The notes: generated by a model not told the origin, from the sequence alone. 39,969 bases of DNA from Promethearchaeota archaeon (GCA_011364975.1 RDOE01000025.1:1-39969); one strand, 5' to 3'; counted from the first letter of the stretch, positions 10,277-19,917 are shown. A program made the numbers and translations.

Positions 10277-10542
10277 TTTATATAATGAGATAATAATAAC
10301 TAAAATAATTTTTATTTATTTGAGATGAAACAAATTTCTTTTTTTTTTACATATAGGTATAAATATTTATATTGAATACAGATCTATTATAGGCTATAGA
10401 ATTTTTTAGATTCTATATTATTATTTAAATGAAAAGGTGATTAACCTTTCAATTAGAGACGGCGGAAAAAAAGCCTAAAGAAAGTTTTGAATATCCTCAA
10501 CATCTATATCCAAAAAGAAAAGGTTTAGCGAAAGCTTTTCAC

Positions 10543-13158
10543 ATGACCCAAACTTTTGGGCACAGTAGCGATGTAACTACAGTTGCTGTTTCTCATAAGG
10601 GGGATTTTATCATTAGTGGTTCAAAAGATAATACAATAAAGATTTGGCATTTCTCTACGGGAAATCTTTTAAGAACTATAGAGGCTCATAGCGAGCCAAT
10701 ACTCTCCGTTGCAATTTCGATCGATGATAATTATATTTTTAGTAGTTCTTCAGATCACTTAATAAAAGCATGGGGATTACGAGTGGGTCATCTCATCAAT
10801 GAATATAAAGAACATTCTGATTCTGTTACTTCATTAATAGTGACCCCTGATGGAAAACACCTCATTAGTGGTTCTGAAGATAAATATGTTATCGTTTGGG
10901 ATATCTTCAATGTAACACCCATTCATAAATTTCAGCATAAAAGTGGTGTATCTTCAATTGCAGTTACAAATGATGGAAATTTTTTGATATGCGGAACCAA
11001 TGATGGAATCATTACAATTTGGAATTTGAAGAAAGATAAATTTTATCGTACTATTAAAGGACATTCTGGTAAAATAACAGCAATATCCACATCTCGCGAT
11101 GGAAAAACGTTTATCAGTGGATCAGAAGATAACACGGTAAGAATGTGGGATCTTTCAAAGGGAAAGGCTCTTTATACATTCAATGATCATACTGGAATCG
11201 TAAGATCGGTTGCGATTTCCCCTAATAGTAGTTTAGCAGTAAGTGGTTCCGATGATAACACTATTAAATTATGGGACTTAAAAGAAGGAAAACTCCGTAG
11301 AACTTTAAGAGGATATACCGAAAAGGTATTATCTGTAACCTTCTCTCCCAATGGCAATTATTTAATATCGGGATCAACAGATAATAATATTATGGTTTGG
11401 GAATTAATGGAAGGAAAACTAGAAGGTACGATAAATGCCCATACTGACGCAATAAACTATATCTCTATTTCGCCAAGTGGAAATTATATTGGTACTGGAT
11501 CAAGCGATAATTCAGTAAAACTATGGGATTTCAAAAATCAGAAATTGTTAAGATCTTTAATGGGGCATAGAAAACCAATTGATACAATTGCGTTTTCACC
11601 GGATGAAAAATTTATAATAAGTAGTTCATTGGATAAAACGGTAATTATATGGGATATTAGAGCCTCAGCCCCGTATCAAACATTAAAAAAAGTGGGTACT
11701 AAAGTAGATTCATTAACATTCACTCCGACAAATAAATTGTTGCTAGGTTTGGATAATGGTTATATAAAAATGTGGGACCTTCAAACAAAAGAGTGTATTT
11801 GGGAAAAAAAAGACCATAAAGGACCTGTATCATCAATAGTGTTTACTCCAAACGAAAAATATTTTGTTACTGGATCTGAAGATAAACATTTAAAAATATG
11901 GGATTTTAATTCTAGAACCGTAATTAAAGATCTCAGTGGACATAAAGGAAAGGTGTTCTCAACTGCTATATCACCAAATGGAGCTAATATTTGTAGTTGT
12001 TCAGATGATAAAACAATAAAAATTTGGAATTTTTATACTGGAGATTTAATTGATAGTATCGAGGGTCACACTGATATTGTATCATGTGTATCATATTCTC
12101 CAAATGGTAATTGCTTTTTAAGTTCCTCGGAAGATCAAACAATCAAGGTATGGGATAATTACAAACATGAGCTAATTCAGACATTTGAGGGTCATCAAAA
12201 AGGAGTCTCTTCTATTAAGGTAACTCCTGATGGAAAATATGCTATAAGTGGTTCACGGGATGGTTCATTAAAGATTTGGGCTCTTACATTTGGTGGTATT
12301 TTTAAAAGTATAAAAGGGCACTCTGAAAATGTAAATTCAGTAGCAGTATCATCAGACGGAAAATATGCAGTTAGTGGTTTATCTAATAAATCTATAATTG
12401 TTTGGGATCTTTCTAATGGAAAATTAATTAAAACATTCAAAGGACACACTGATATTATTAGTTGTGTGGCATTTTCTTCTGATGGAAAATATGTAGTTAG
12501 TGGTTCACATGATAATACGTTAAAGATATGGGAGATCGAAAGTGGAGAGGTGTATTGGAATCTAAATGGTCATGATGCAGCCGTAACTTCCGTAGCAACT
12601 TCTATCGATAAAAATTATATTGTGAGTGGTTCAAAGGATAATACTGCTATAATTTGGGAATCCAAAACGGGTAAATTAATAAAAAAATTAAAAGATCATT
12701 CAGGAGCAGTGACTTCAGTTGATGTCTCTCCAAATGGAGAATATATTGCCAGTGGTTCGGAAGATAATATTATTAACTTATGGGATATGAAAAAGGGAAA
12801 AATTATTCGTCCTCTTAAAGGTCATAGCGGTTTTATAACTTCAGTTGCATTTTCACCTGATGGAAAATATATCGCAAGTGGTTCAAAAGATCAAACTGTA
12901 AAAATATGGAAATCTGATACTGGTGAACTTGATTATACTTTCGATAAGATAAATAGTCCAGTAACGACAATTACATTCTCATCTGATGGTTCATATTTAG
13001 CTTGTGGTACTGAAGATAATTTTGTAAGAGTATGGGATTTTAATGAAAAATATCAAAACTCCTATTATTATTTAGCTAAAGTAAATTCAGCAAAATTTAT
13101 TCCGAATACTAACCAAATTATGGCTGGATATAATTCAGGAGATGTTTTAATCTGGGAT
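10543..13158 (+). repeat. coding tandem repeat: 21 WD40 units of about 42 aa (126 nt)
   Basis: Counted by hand from the translation. DNA-level recurrence of gatggaaaatat...agtggttca is visible, especially at 12230-12900. Confidence 0.85.
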
Positions 13159-14121
13159 TTATTGATGGAAGAACAAGAAGAACTTTTAAAGGAACTTCGG
13201 AATAAATTATTACATATAGAAGATTTGATAGGGAACAATAAGTACTCAGAAGCAATAGATCAGTTGAATTATATTTTAGAAAAAGCAAATACGTATAACT
13301 TTGAAGAAATTAGAAAAATTGCATTTGAGAAACTCAAAAATTTAAGAGATCCAGAAGATACACTTAGAACTATTAAAAAGATTTTAGAATTTGAATATAA
13401 AAATCAAAGTTTGATTTCAAAAGCAGAGATGGTGAACCAACTAAATATTGAAATTTCACAAACAGATTACTATAAAAATTTATTATCAAATCCGATTGAG
13501 TATGATTCTTCTGAAGTTCCACAGTTGGAATCTTTAGGAACAAATATATTAAAGAAATTCATTAATCCCACATTATATGATTTGATTGTACAGATGGAAT
13601 ATGATTATAAGATAGCGAGTAAAATTGGTAAATTTCTAATAGAAAGAGGTTTCATCAAAGAATTTCGTAATTTTCCCCTAATTGAAGAAAGTTTTAAATC
13701 TAGAGATAAGTTAAAGGAGTTAATTGTCTTTATAAGTTATGCGACGGTTGATGCACCATTGTTCAAAATAGAAGATATAGCTACTAGATTGGAATCTTAT
13801 CCAGAAATTAAAAAGGCTTTATATTGGCAAGAACACATGACAGATAATATTTATAAATACATGAATGAAAACGTAGGTAGATGTGATGTAATCTTATTAT
13901 TTTGTTCAGAAAATGCATTGAAATCTATACCCGTCGAGAAAGAATGGACTGCTGCGGATATGATTGGTAAGCCTATAATTCCAGTGTTTATAGATCAAGA
14001 TCATATTCCTCCTCTTCTTAAATCAAGATTAGGGATTGAATTTGATTTAGTAGATTTTGAAAAAAATGTAGTACAACTTCATAATTTGATAATGAAAAAA
14101 TGTTTGCTTGATAACAATTAA
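10543..14121 (+). CDS. WD40-repeat (21 repeats) protein with helical linker and C-terminal TIR domain
   Basis: Repeated GH...SGS.D.T...WD units to about aa 872. C-terminal TIR motifs VFISYA, CDVILLFCSENALKSIPVEKEW, KPIIPVF. Confidence 0.92.
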   Translation: MTQTFGHSSDVTTVAVSHKGDFIISGSKDNTIKIWHFSTGNLLRTIEAHSEPILSVAISIDDNYIFSSSSDHLIKAWGLRVGHLINEYKEHSDSVTSLIVTPDGKHLISGSEDKYVIVWDIFNVTPIHKFQHKSGVSSIAVTNDGNFLICGTNDGIITIWNLKKDKFYRTIKGHSGKITAISTSRDGKTFISGSEDNTVRMWDLSKGKALYTFNDHTGIVRSVAISPNSSLAVSGSDDNTIKLWDLKEGKLRRTLRGYTEKVLSVTFSPNGNYLISGSTDNNIMVWELMEGKLEGTINAHTDAINYISISPSGNYIGTGSSDNSVKLWDFKNQKLLRSLMGHRKPIDTIAFSPDEKFIISSSLDKTVIIWDIRASAPYQTLKKVGTKVDSLTFTPTNKLLLGLDNGYIKMWDLQTKECIWEKKDHKGPVSSIVFTPNEKYFVTGSEDKHLKIWDFNSRTVIKDLSGHKGKVFSTAISPNGANICSCSDDKTIKIWNFYTGDLIDSIEGHTDIVSCVSYSPNGNCFLSSSEDQTIKVWDNYKHELIQTFEGHQKGVSSIKVTPDGKYAISGSRDGSLKIWALTFGGIFKSIKGHSENVNSVAVSSDGKYAVSGLSNKSIIVWDLSNGKLIKTFKGHTDIISCVAFSSDGKYVVSGSHDNTLKIWEIESGEVYWNLNGHDAAVTSVATSIDKNYIVSGSKDNTAIIWESKTGKLIKKLKDHSGAVTSVDVSPNGEYIASGSEDNIINLWDMKKGKIIRPLKGHSGFITSVAFSPDGKYIASGSKDQTVKIWKSDTGELDYTFDKINSPVTTITFSSDGSYLACGTEDNFVRVWDFNEKYQNSYYYLAKVNSAKFIPNTNQIMAGYNSGDVLIWDLLMEEQEELLKELRNKLLHIEDLIGNNKYSEAIDQLNYILEKANTYNFEEIRKIAFEKLKNLRDPEDTLRTIKKILEFEYKNQSLISKAEMVNQLNIEISQTDYYKNLLSNPIEYDSSEVPQLESLGTNILKKFINPTLYDLIVQMEYDYKIASKIGKFLIERGFIKEFRNFPLIEESFKSRDKLKELIVFISYATVDAPLFKIEDIATRLESYPEIKKALYWQEHMTDNIYKYMNENVGRCDVILLFCSENALKSIPVEKEWTAADMIGKPIIPVFIDQDHIPPLLKSRLGIEFDLVDFEKNVVQLHNLIMKKCLLDNN

Positions 14122-14192
14122 CCCATATTCATAAAATCAATCAAAATTTATTTTTTTTTAATTTAAATAACTCTCATCCTCGGAATTAATAT

Positions 14193-14240
14193 AAGGCGGG
14201 ACGATTTAGGAAAATTAAATAACGACCCGGAATATACCTT
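14193..14240. other. GC-rich stem-loop between convergent TIR and Nudix genes
   Basis: AAGG/CCTT, CGGG/CCCG, CG/CG and ATTTA/TAAAT pairings around loop GGAAAAT, in an otherwise extremely AT-rich gap. Confidence 0.5.
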
Positions 14241-14400
14241 GGTTTATAATCATTTAAATCTTTAACATTTAAATAAAAATATCACTGATTATGACATAGA
14301 ATTCAAGTATGCTCTAGAAAAGCAATTAAAAAGAAAAAATCAAAAAATAAAGAAAATAATAGATTTTTTTTATTAGAATCCTCTTTAAATTTGTCGGATA

Positions 14401-16131
14401 TTATAGTACTCCCGCATCTTTTAAAATTCGTTTGTGGTCAAACGCTAAATCCATATTTTTAACTTTTTCAATTGGTATTGCATCCGCAACCGTTGCATCA
14501 TCTCCTCCCGCCATTTTCGAAAGATCTTTGACTAGATGACATTTGAAAGCTGTTGAAACAATTCTACCTCGTGGATCGCGACCTTTTTGATCATAAGTCC
14601 CAATTTTATCATCAATTTCAACAACCAAATTCGTTTCTTCCCTCACTTCTCTTATTACAGCTTGTTTTGCATCTTCATTATATTTTATGAATCCACCGGG
14701 GAGTGCATATTTCCCTATATAGGGATAGTATTTTCTTTTTATTAAAATTACATTCCGGTTGTCATCTACAATAACAGCATCAGCTGTATACCCTTTTTCC
14801 TCTACTTTTGATTTAAATCTGGTTAACAAAATATAAGTTAGAGTTCCTACAAACATTAAACCGATTACTGATGTTGCTATTAAATAGACTATATTTTCAA
14901 ATAATGAGATAGAAGAATCCGTTCCACGTATTAATACATCGAAAAAATCTTTCACAATTCCAGCACTTAATATGATATTTACTAAATATAAAATAGTTCT
15001 TGTTACTCTTTGATTCTTTTCACTTCTTTGAAGATAAAATTCCTGCATTGAATCATAAAGAATCTTAAACTTTTCATTGACCCTTTTTATAACTATTTCA
15101 ATGCGAAATATCTCTAAAAGATGAGTTAAAATCCTTGTATAATGTTCACGCGGGTTCCAATCTAATTCACTATAGATCATGCTCATTTTAGTTTGAATCA
15201 TTCCTCTTAAAAATCTCAAATTATTAGTTTTCTTCTCAATCGTTTCTAAACTCATGAATACGTCGGAATACCGTTTCATAAATAAAATGTCCAAGGAATT
15301 ATTTATCGTCATCAAAGCAAATAGAACTGCTCTAACTTTTGGCGTGGGCTCGATTACATGTTCCATTATATATGGAAACTCACTTCGATAATTCTCTTCC
15401 GCAATATAAATAAATCCCGAATTTCTTTGAATGTAATGCAATTCAGAACGACGATTAGAAAAGTTTTTCTTTATTCTTCTTTCAAAAAGCTCTTCAGAAT
15501 AGTCACCCCATTGCCCTGAATAGATTCGAGTCCAATATCCGAGCTCTTTTTTATACTTTTCTATATTCTCTTTATCCCATTGAACAGTAAATGGACCAAT
15601 TCTATTAGAAATAACAAATACATATATTGGACTTTCGGTGTCAAGAAGTAAGAAATCATTCTGTTTCTTATTGCTATACTCTTTAAGAATATCGTTGGCT
15701 ATAAAGGGTATTTGTTGGATTAAATCAGGAGATATTCTTTCTTTTTTATACTCCTCATTTTTATAATATTCAACCTCTAATTTAAAATAACCTAAGGTAT
15801 TATATACGATTTCCCTATTATCTTCGGTGTATTGCTTATTTTCATCGTTATATGGAAAATTCTGGAAAAAAGGTTCCCAATCACACTCAATTGATATTGA
15901 TTTTGCCATATCCCTCAGTACCTCTTTCTTTTCTTCAGCATAGGGATATTTTTCTAAAAATCTGTATGCTTTACTGAGATCTTGTTGGCTAAGATTATGT
16001 AATCTTTGCAATAATAACGCTTCAATTTCTTCTGCTTTAACTTCCCCAACAAATTCAACTGTATTAATAAAAGCACTAATATACCAGTATTCTTTTCCAT
16101 AAATAAAGCGAAATTTTTCTTCCATTTTCAA
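14401..16131 (-). CDS. membrane protein: large N-terminal CorA/RMD1-like domain, 2 TM helices, C-terminal Nudix (ADP-ribose pyrophosphatase-like) hydrolase
   Basis: Nudix box GGFIKYNEDAKQAVIREVREETNL plus RDPRGRIVS, GDDA and LAFDH. Two hydrophobic helices are preceded by a long amphipathic stalk (FRIEIVIKRVNEKFKILYDSMQE). Confidence 0.8.
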   Translation of the reverse strand: MKMEEKFRFIYGKEYWYISAFINTVEFVGEVKAEEIEALLLQRLHNLSQQDLSKAYRFLEKYPYAEEKKEVLRDMAKSISIECDWEPFFQNFPYNDENKQYTEDNREIVYNTLGYFKLEVEYYKNEEYKKERISPDLIQQIPFIANDILKEYSNKKQNDFLLLDTESPIYVFVISNRIGPFTVQWDKENIEKYKKELGYWTRIYSGQWGDYSEELFERRIKKNFSNRRSELHYIQRNSGFIYIAEENYRSEFPYIMEHVIEPTPKVRAVLFALMTINNSLDILFMKRYSDVFMSLETIEKKTNNLRFLRGMIQTKMSMIYSELDWNPREHYTRILTHLLEIFRIEIVIKRVNEKFKILYDSMQEFYLQRSEKNQRVTRTILYLVNIILSAGIVKDFFDVLIRGTDSSISLFENIVYLIATSVIGLMFVGTLTYILLTRFKSKVEEKGYTADAVIVDDNRNVILIKRKYYPYIGKYALPGGFIKYNEDAKQAVIREVREETNLVVEIDDKIGTYDQKGRDPRGRIVSTAFKCHLVKDLSKMAGGDDATVADAIPIEKVKNMDLAFDHKRILKDAGVL

Positions 16132-16287
16132 TTGCCCTCTTTTAACTTTTTAATTGACAAAAATGGTTAAATTATTAATAACACATTATTCTATTTATTA
16201 CTTTTTTTATTTCTTTTATTTCAAGAAAAAAATTAAAAATACTGAAAATAATACCCATCATACAGATATTATCTCTTTTATGGGAAA

Positions 16288-17622
16288 GTGAATTTTTTGC
16301 AGGAAATTAAGAAAAAGCCTAAATTGAAACGGAGGATATCTCTTTTTGGAGTGACGGCATACGGTGTCGGAAATGTATTGGGAGCAGGCATTTATGCTCT
16401 AATTGGTGAAATAGTAGGTATTACAGGTAATATTTCGTGGTTAGCATTTGTGTTAGCCTCCATTGCAGCTGCTTTCACAGGACTCTCTTATGCTGAACTC
16501 GGATCAATATTTCCTAAAAGTGCGGCAGAGTTTGTCTATACTGAGGAAGCATTTAAAATAAGAATTTTATCCTTTATTTTAGGATGGATTATTATATTTT
16601 CAGGGATACTTTCAGCCTCAACAGTGGCTTTAGGGTTTGCCGATTATTTATCAAATTTGATTGGATTGCCTTCTATTGTTATTAAAGTTACATTTGCCAT
16701 TTCATTAATCATTTTTTTAAGTTTAATTAATTTTATAGGAATTCGAACATCTACATGGACCAACATCTTATTTACGCTTATTGAAGCAGGCGGTTTGATT
16801 TTCATCATAATTATAGGCATCCCTTTTTTTGGAGAAGTAAGTTATTTGGAAATTCCTGCAGGATCTTCTTTTAATTCAATCTTTATGGCAGTTGCCTTGA
16901 TTTTTTTCGCCTATATTGGATTCGAGGATATTGCAAATATCGCGGAAGAGACAAAGGAACCCCAGAAGAATGTCCCAAGGGCAATAATTTATTCGATTAT
17001 AATAACTACCATTCTCTATTGCTTTACAGCACTTTCAGTGGTAAGCATTGCTCCGTATAGTGACATCGCGAATTCTGATGCGCCTTTAACTTATATTGTT
17101 ACCTATGTTTTTGGACCCATAGGAGGAATAATAATGGCTGCTATCGCTTTATTCGCAACGGCAAATACAGTTTTAATAATGTTGATTGTAACCTCGAGAA
17201 TGATTTATGGAATGGCCAGGGACAAGGCATTGCCCAAATCTTTAGCAAATATATCTCCAAAACACCGAATCCCTACGATCTCAGTTCTCTTAACAATGAT
17301 ACTGACTATTATACCTGTCTTTTTCATAGATATTTCAATCGTAGCAAACGCAACTGTCTTTGGTGTTCTGATTAACTTTTTCTTAGTGAATATTAGTTTG
17401 ATTGCTTTAAGAAGACGACGCCCCGAACTTGAAAGACCTTTTAAACTTAGACCAACTATAGGATGGATGCCTTTAATTGCGTTATTAGGAGCAATAGTTT
17501 GTATAGGGTTGCTATTTACGTTTGATTTATTGATAATACTGATTCAAACAATCATCATAGTATGTGGAATAATTGTATTTTATGCTATGAAATCAAAGAT
17601 TGAAACAAAAGCACAAAAATGA
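16288..17622 (+). CDS. APC-family amino acid permease
   Basis: GVGNVLGAGIY, SYAEL, FFAYIGFE, AEETKEPQKNVPRAI, SRMIYGMARD and ~12 TM segments. Confidence 0.93.
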   Translation: MNFLQEIKKKPKLKRRISLFGVTAYGVGNVLGAGIYALIGEIVGITGNISWLAFVLASIAAAFTGLSYAELGSIFPKSAAEFVYTEEAFKIRILSFILGWIIIFSGILSASTVALGFADYLSNLIGLPSIVIKVTFAISLIIFLSLINFIGIRTSTWTNILFTLIEAGGLIFIIIIGIPFFGEVSYLEIPAGSSFNSIFMAVALIFFAYIGFEDIANIAEETKEPQKNVPRAIIYSIIITTILYCFTALSVVSIAPYSDIANSDAPLTYIVTYVFGPIGGIIMAAIALFATANTVLIMLIVTSRMIYGMARDKALPKSLANISPKHRIPTISVLLTMILTIIPVFFIDISIVANATVFGVLINFFLVNISLIALRRRRPELERPFKLRPTIGWMPLIALLGAIVCIGLLFTFDLLIILIQTIIIVCGIIVFYAMKSKIETKAQK

Positions 17623-17728
17623 CAGTTAAATATATAATATTGTCTTATTGAATCTTATTTTATTTTAATTTGCAAAATTTAGATTATCAAATTAAGGGTG
17701 GAATTCAATGAATAATATTATTAAGTAT

Positions 17729-17911
17729 CTATTTTTTTTCATACTTTTCATTCCATATTTTTAATTTCTTTGAGGGATCGTCTTTAATTTTGCACTTTTT
17801 ATGGATTTGGTCTTGCATTTCCCATTGCTTTTCCAATACATCATCTAAATCATCTGCATCACGACAATCTTCTTTTTCTTTTGACAAGTTTATTCCCCTT
17901 ATCTTTAACAT
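17729..17911 (-). CDS. small charged hypothetical protein
   Basis: 60 aa ORF 7 nt downstream of the CCG gene on the same strand, so probably in the same operon. Confidence 0.45.
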   Translation of the reverse strand: MLKIRGINLSKEKEDCRDADDLDDVLEKQWEMQDQIHKKCKIKDDPSKKLKIWNEKYEKK

Positions 17912-17918
17912 TAAAGAT

Positions 17919-19052
17919 TTAATATTCTAAAGCTTCAAGTAGATAATCAGTAATATATTTAATTCTTTTATTTATTTGTGTTTTATATCCCGCATATCGA
18001 TAATTAAATACACATAACGGACAAGAAGTAATCAGATCCTCTGTAAGAATATCATTTAAGATACTTGATCCTATCTTAATTGAAATATTACTATCAACAC
18101 CCCTTATCCCCGATCCTGCACCGCAACAAGGTGTAAATTCTTTATTTTTAGATAATTCTGATACACTCTCACTGGTGTTTCTCAATAGTTCTCTTGGCTC
18201 ATTATAAATATCCATACCATCCAGTTTCCTACCTGTTCGGCATGGATCATGATAAGTTATTCTTTTTTTTAATTTTTTAAACTTAAGTTCACCACTTTTG
18301 TAGAGGTCATAAATAATTAGAGTAATATGCGTTATTTCTATATTCCAATTAGGGACGTATTTAGGATAGATATTATTGAATGCATATAAACACCCTCCAC
18401 ATGTAGTAATTATTTTCCTAACCCCCGCTTTAGTTAAGAGCTTAAAATTATCCATGAATATCTTTTTAGCCAATTCTAAATCTCCTGAAGAGTAGATATA
18501 TTCACCACAACAAGGTTCTTCTTTTAAAATCTTGAAATCATAATCAGCATTTTTTAATAATTCATAAGATGCGCTGGCACTTTCCTTCACACGAAATGAA
18601 GACATGCAACCTAAGAACAATAACGTATCTGAGTTCTTATTCTCAAACATTTCAGTTCTTAGATGGTTTTGAGGTACCCAATTTAATCGCTCTTCTGGAT
18701 TACCATTAACAGAATTTTTTTTTTGAATAATCCCATCCATTATTTTTTTATGAATCTCTAAAGGCCCTAAACCGTTTTGTACCAAACGCATTTTAGAGTT
18801 AAGAATTATTTCTGAGATTGGAATTTCCTTTTGACATAATTGATCACACATACTGCATAATGTACAAGTATAAATAGCATTTATCTCCTCCTCCGAAACA
18901 TACTCATCGGTGAAGATTTTCTTAGTTAATTTTAAACGACCATTTGGTGATTGTAGCAAATTACCTGTAACAAGATAAGTATCACAAATATCTAAACAAC
19001 CTTCACAATTAATACAAGAATTGATTGCATTAAGAATCTTTTCAATATCCAT
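17919..19052 (-). CDS. (Fe-S)-binding oxidoreductase, HdrD/GlpC/GlcF-like (4Fe-4S dicluster + two CCG domains)
   Basis: CINCEGCLDIC, CTLCSMCDQLC, FLGC, EPCCG, TTCGGC, YHDPC, PCCGAG, TSCPLC. Confidence 0.9.
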   Translation of the reverse strand: MDIEKILNAINSCINCEGCLDICDTYLVTGNLLQSPNGRLKLTKKIFTDEYVSEEEINAIYTCTLCSMCDQLCQKEIPISEIILNSKMRLVQNGLGPLEIHKKIMDGIIQKKNSVNGNPEERLNWVPQNHLRTEMFENKNSDTLLFLGCMSSFRVKESASASYELLKNADYDFKILKEEPCCGEYIYSSGDLELAKKIFMDNFKLLTKAGVRKIITTCGGCLYAFNNIYPKYVPNWNIEITHITLIIYDLYKSGELKFKKLKKRITYHDPCRTGRKLDGMDIYNEPRELLRNTSESVSELSKNKEFTPCCGAGSGIRGVDSNISIKIGSSILNDILTEDLITSCPLCVFNYRYAGYKTQINKRIKYITDYLLEALEY

Positions 19053-19054
19053 AA

Positions 19055-19810
19055 TTAATTGAACCTATCTGGCATATTATCAAGTAAAGAATACCCTACA
19101 ATATTATCTCTTAAAAAAATTTTAAACGGCAATTCTAATTTTGTATATGGTTTAAGGATATTAATTAGAGAAATATGGTCTGGTTTTTGAAATTTATCCT
19201 TTAAATTCTCTCCAACACCCTCAGTATATTGATATTGTTGAAGAACAAAGTTACCTCTGAAGTCCATGTTCTGAAGAAACGATATGATTTGATGGATATC
19301 ATCTGGAATCATTAATTTTTCTACATAGGTGGTTCTAATTTCAAAAATTATATCCTTTTGATTATTTAGGATTTCAATAGTTTTAATTAATAAATTAGGA
19401 TCAATAAAACTCCTTGTAATTTGGTTTAATCGTTCTATATTGAAGGGAGCTTTTATGTCTAAAGCAATTCTATCAACATAAGGTAATAATTTCTCAATAA
19501 CCTCTGGTTTGGTTCCGTTTGTATCAAGACTTACAAATTTTCCTGTGTTTTTGATATGTTTACACAATTCAATAATATCATGTTGGAGGGTTGGTTCTCC
19601 TCCGGAGATACTTATACAGTTTACAAGATCATTATCCTTAACTTTTTTCACAATTTCATAGAGTTCCATCTCCTTTCCTCCACTAGAGTCTAATAGTGAC
19701 TTATTATGGCAGAATTCACAATTTAAGTTGCATCCTATTGTAAATAATACCATCGCGGAGTGATTAGGAATATCTTTCGTTGAAATATCAATTACTCCAC
19801 CTATTCTCAT
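19055..19810 (-). CDS. nrdG: radical SAM glycyl-radical activase, anaerobic ribonucleotide reductase activating protein (NrdG2-type)
   Basis: MRIGG...STKDIP...LFTIGCNLNCEFCHN, SGGEPTL, LDTNGT, ALDIKAP, EIRTT, LQQY. Confidence 0.75.
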   Translation of the reverse strand: MRIGGVIDISTKDIPNHSAMVLFTIGCNLNCEFCHNKSLLDSSGGKEMELYEIVKKVKDNDLVNCISISGGEPTLQHDIIELCKHIKNTGKFVSLDTNGTKPEVIEKLLPYVDRIALDIKAPFNIERLNQITRSFIDPNLLIKTIEILNNQKDIIFEIRTTYVEKLMIPDDIHQIISFLQNMDFRGNFVLQQYQYTEGVGENLKDKFQKPDHISLINILKPYTKLELPFKIFLRDNIVGYSLLDNMPDRFN

Positions 19811-19917
19811 AATACTCTATTGAATTGATTTATCTTAATTAATTCTTTTAATGATAATTTAATATCTTATAAATAATCCCTTTAATTATTATTAAATACT
19901 AACTATTAAAATTTAGA

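Noticed and set aside
10543-13158. Periodic ~126-nt DNA repeats could suggest a CRISPR array
   Set aside because: They are degenerate in-frame WD40 codons, not identical repeats with unique spacers, and there are no cas genes.
17919-19052. Selenoprotein possibility in the Hdr-like Fe-S gene
   Set aside because: The ORF is complete, with all motif positions as Cys and no in-frame TGA.
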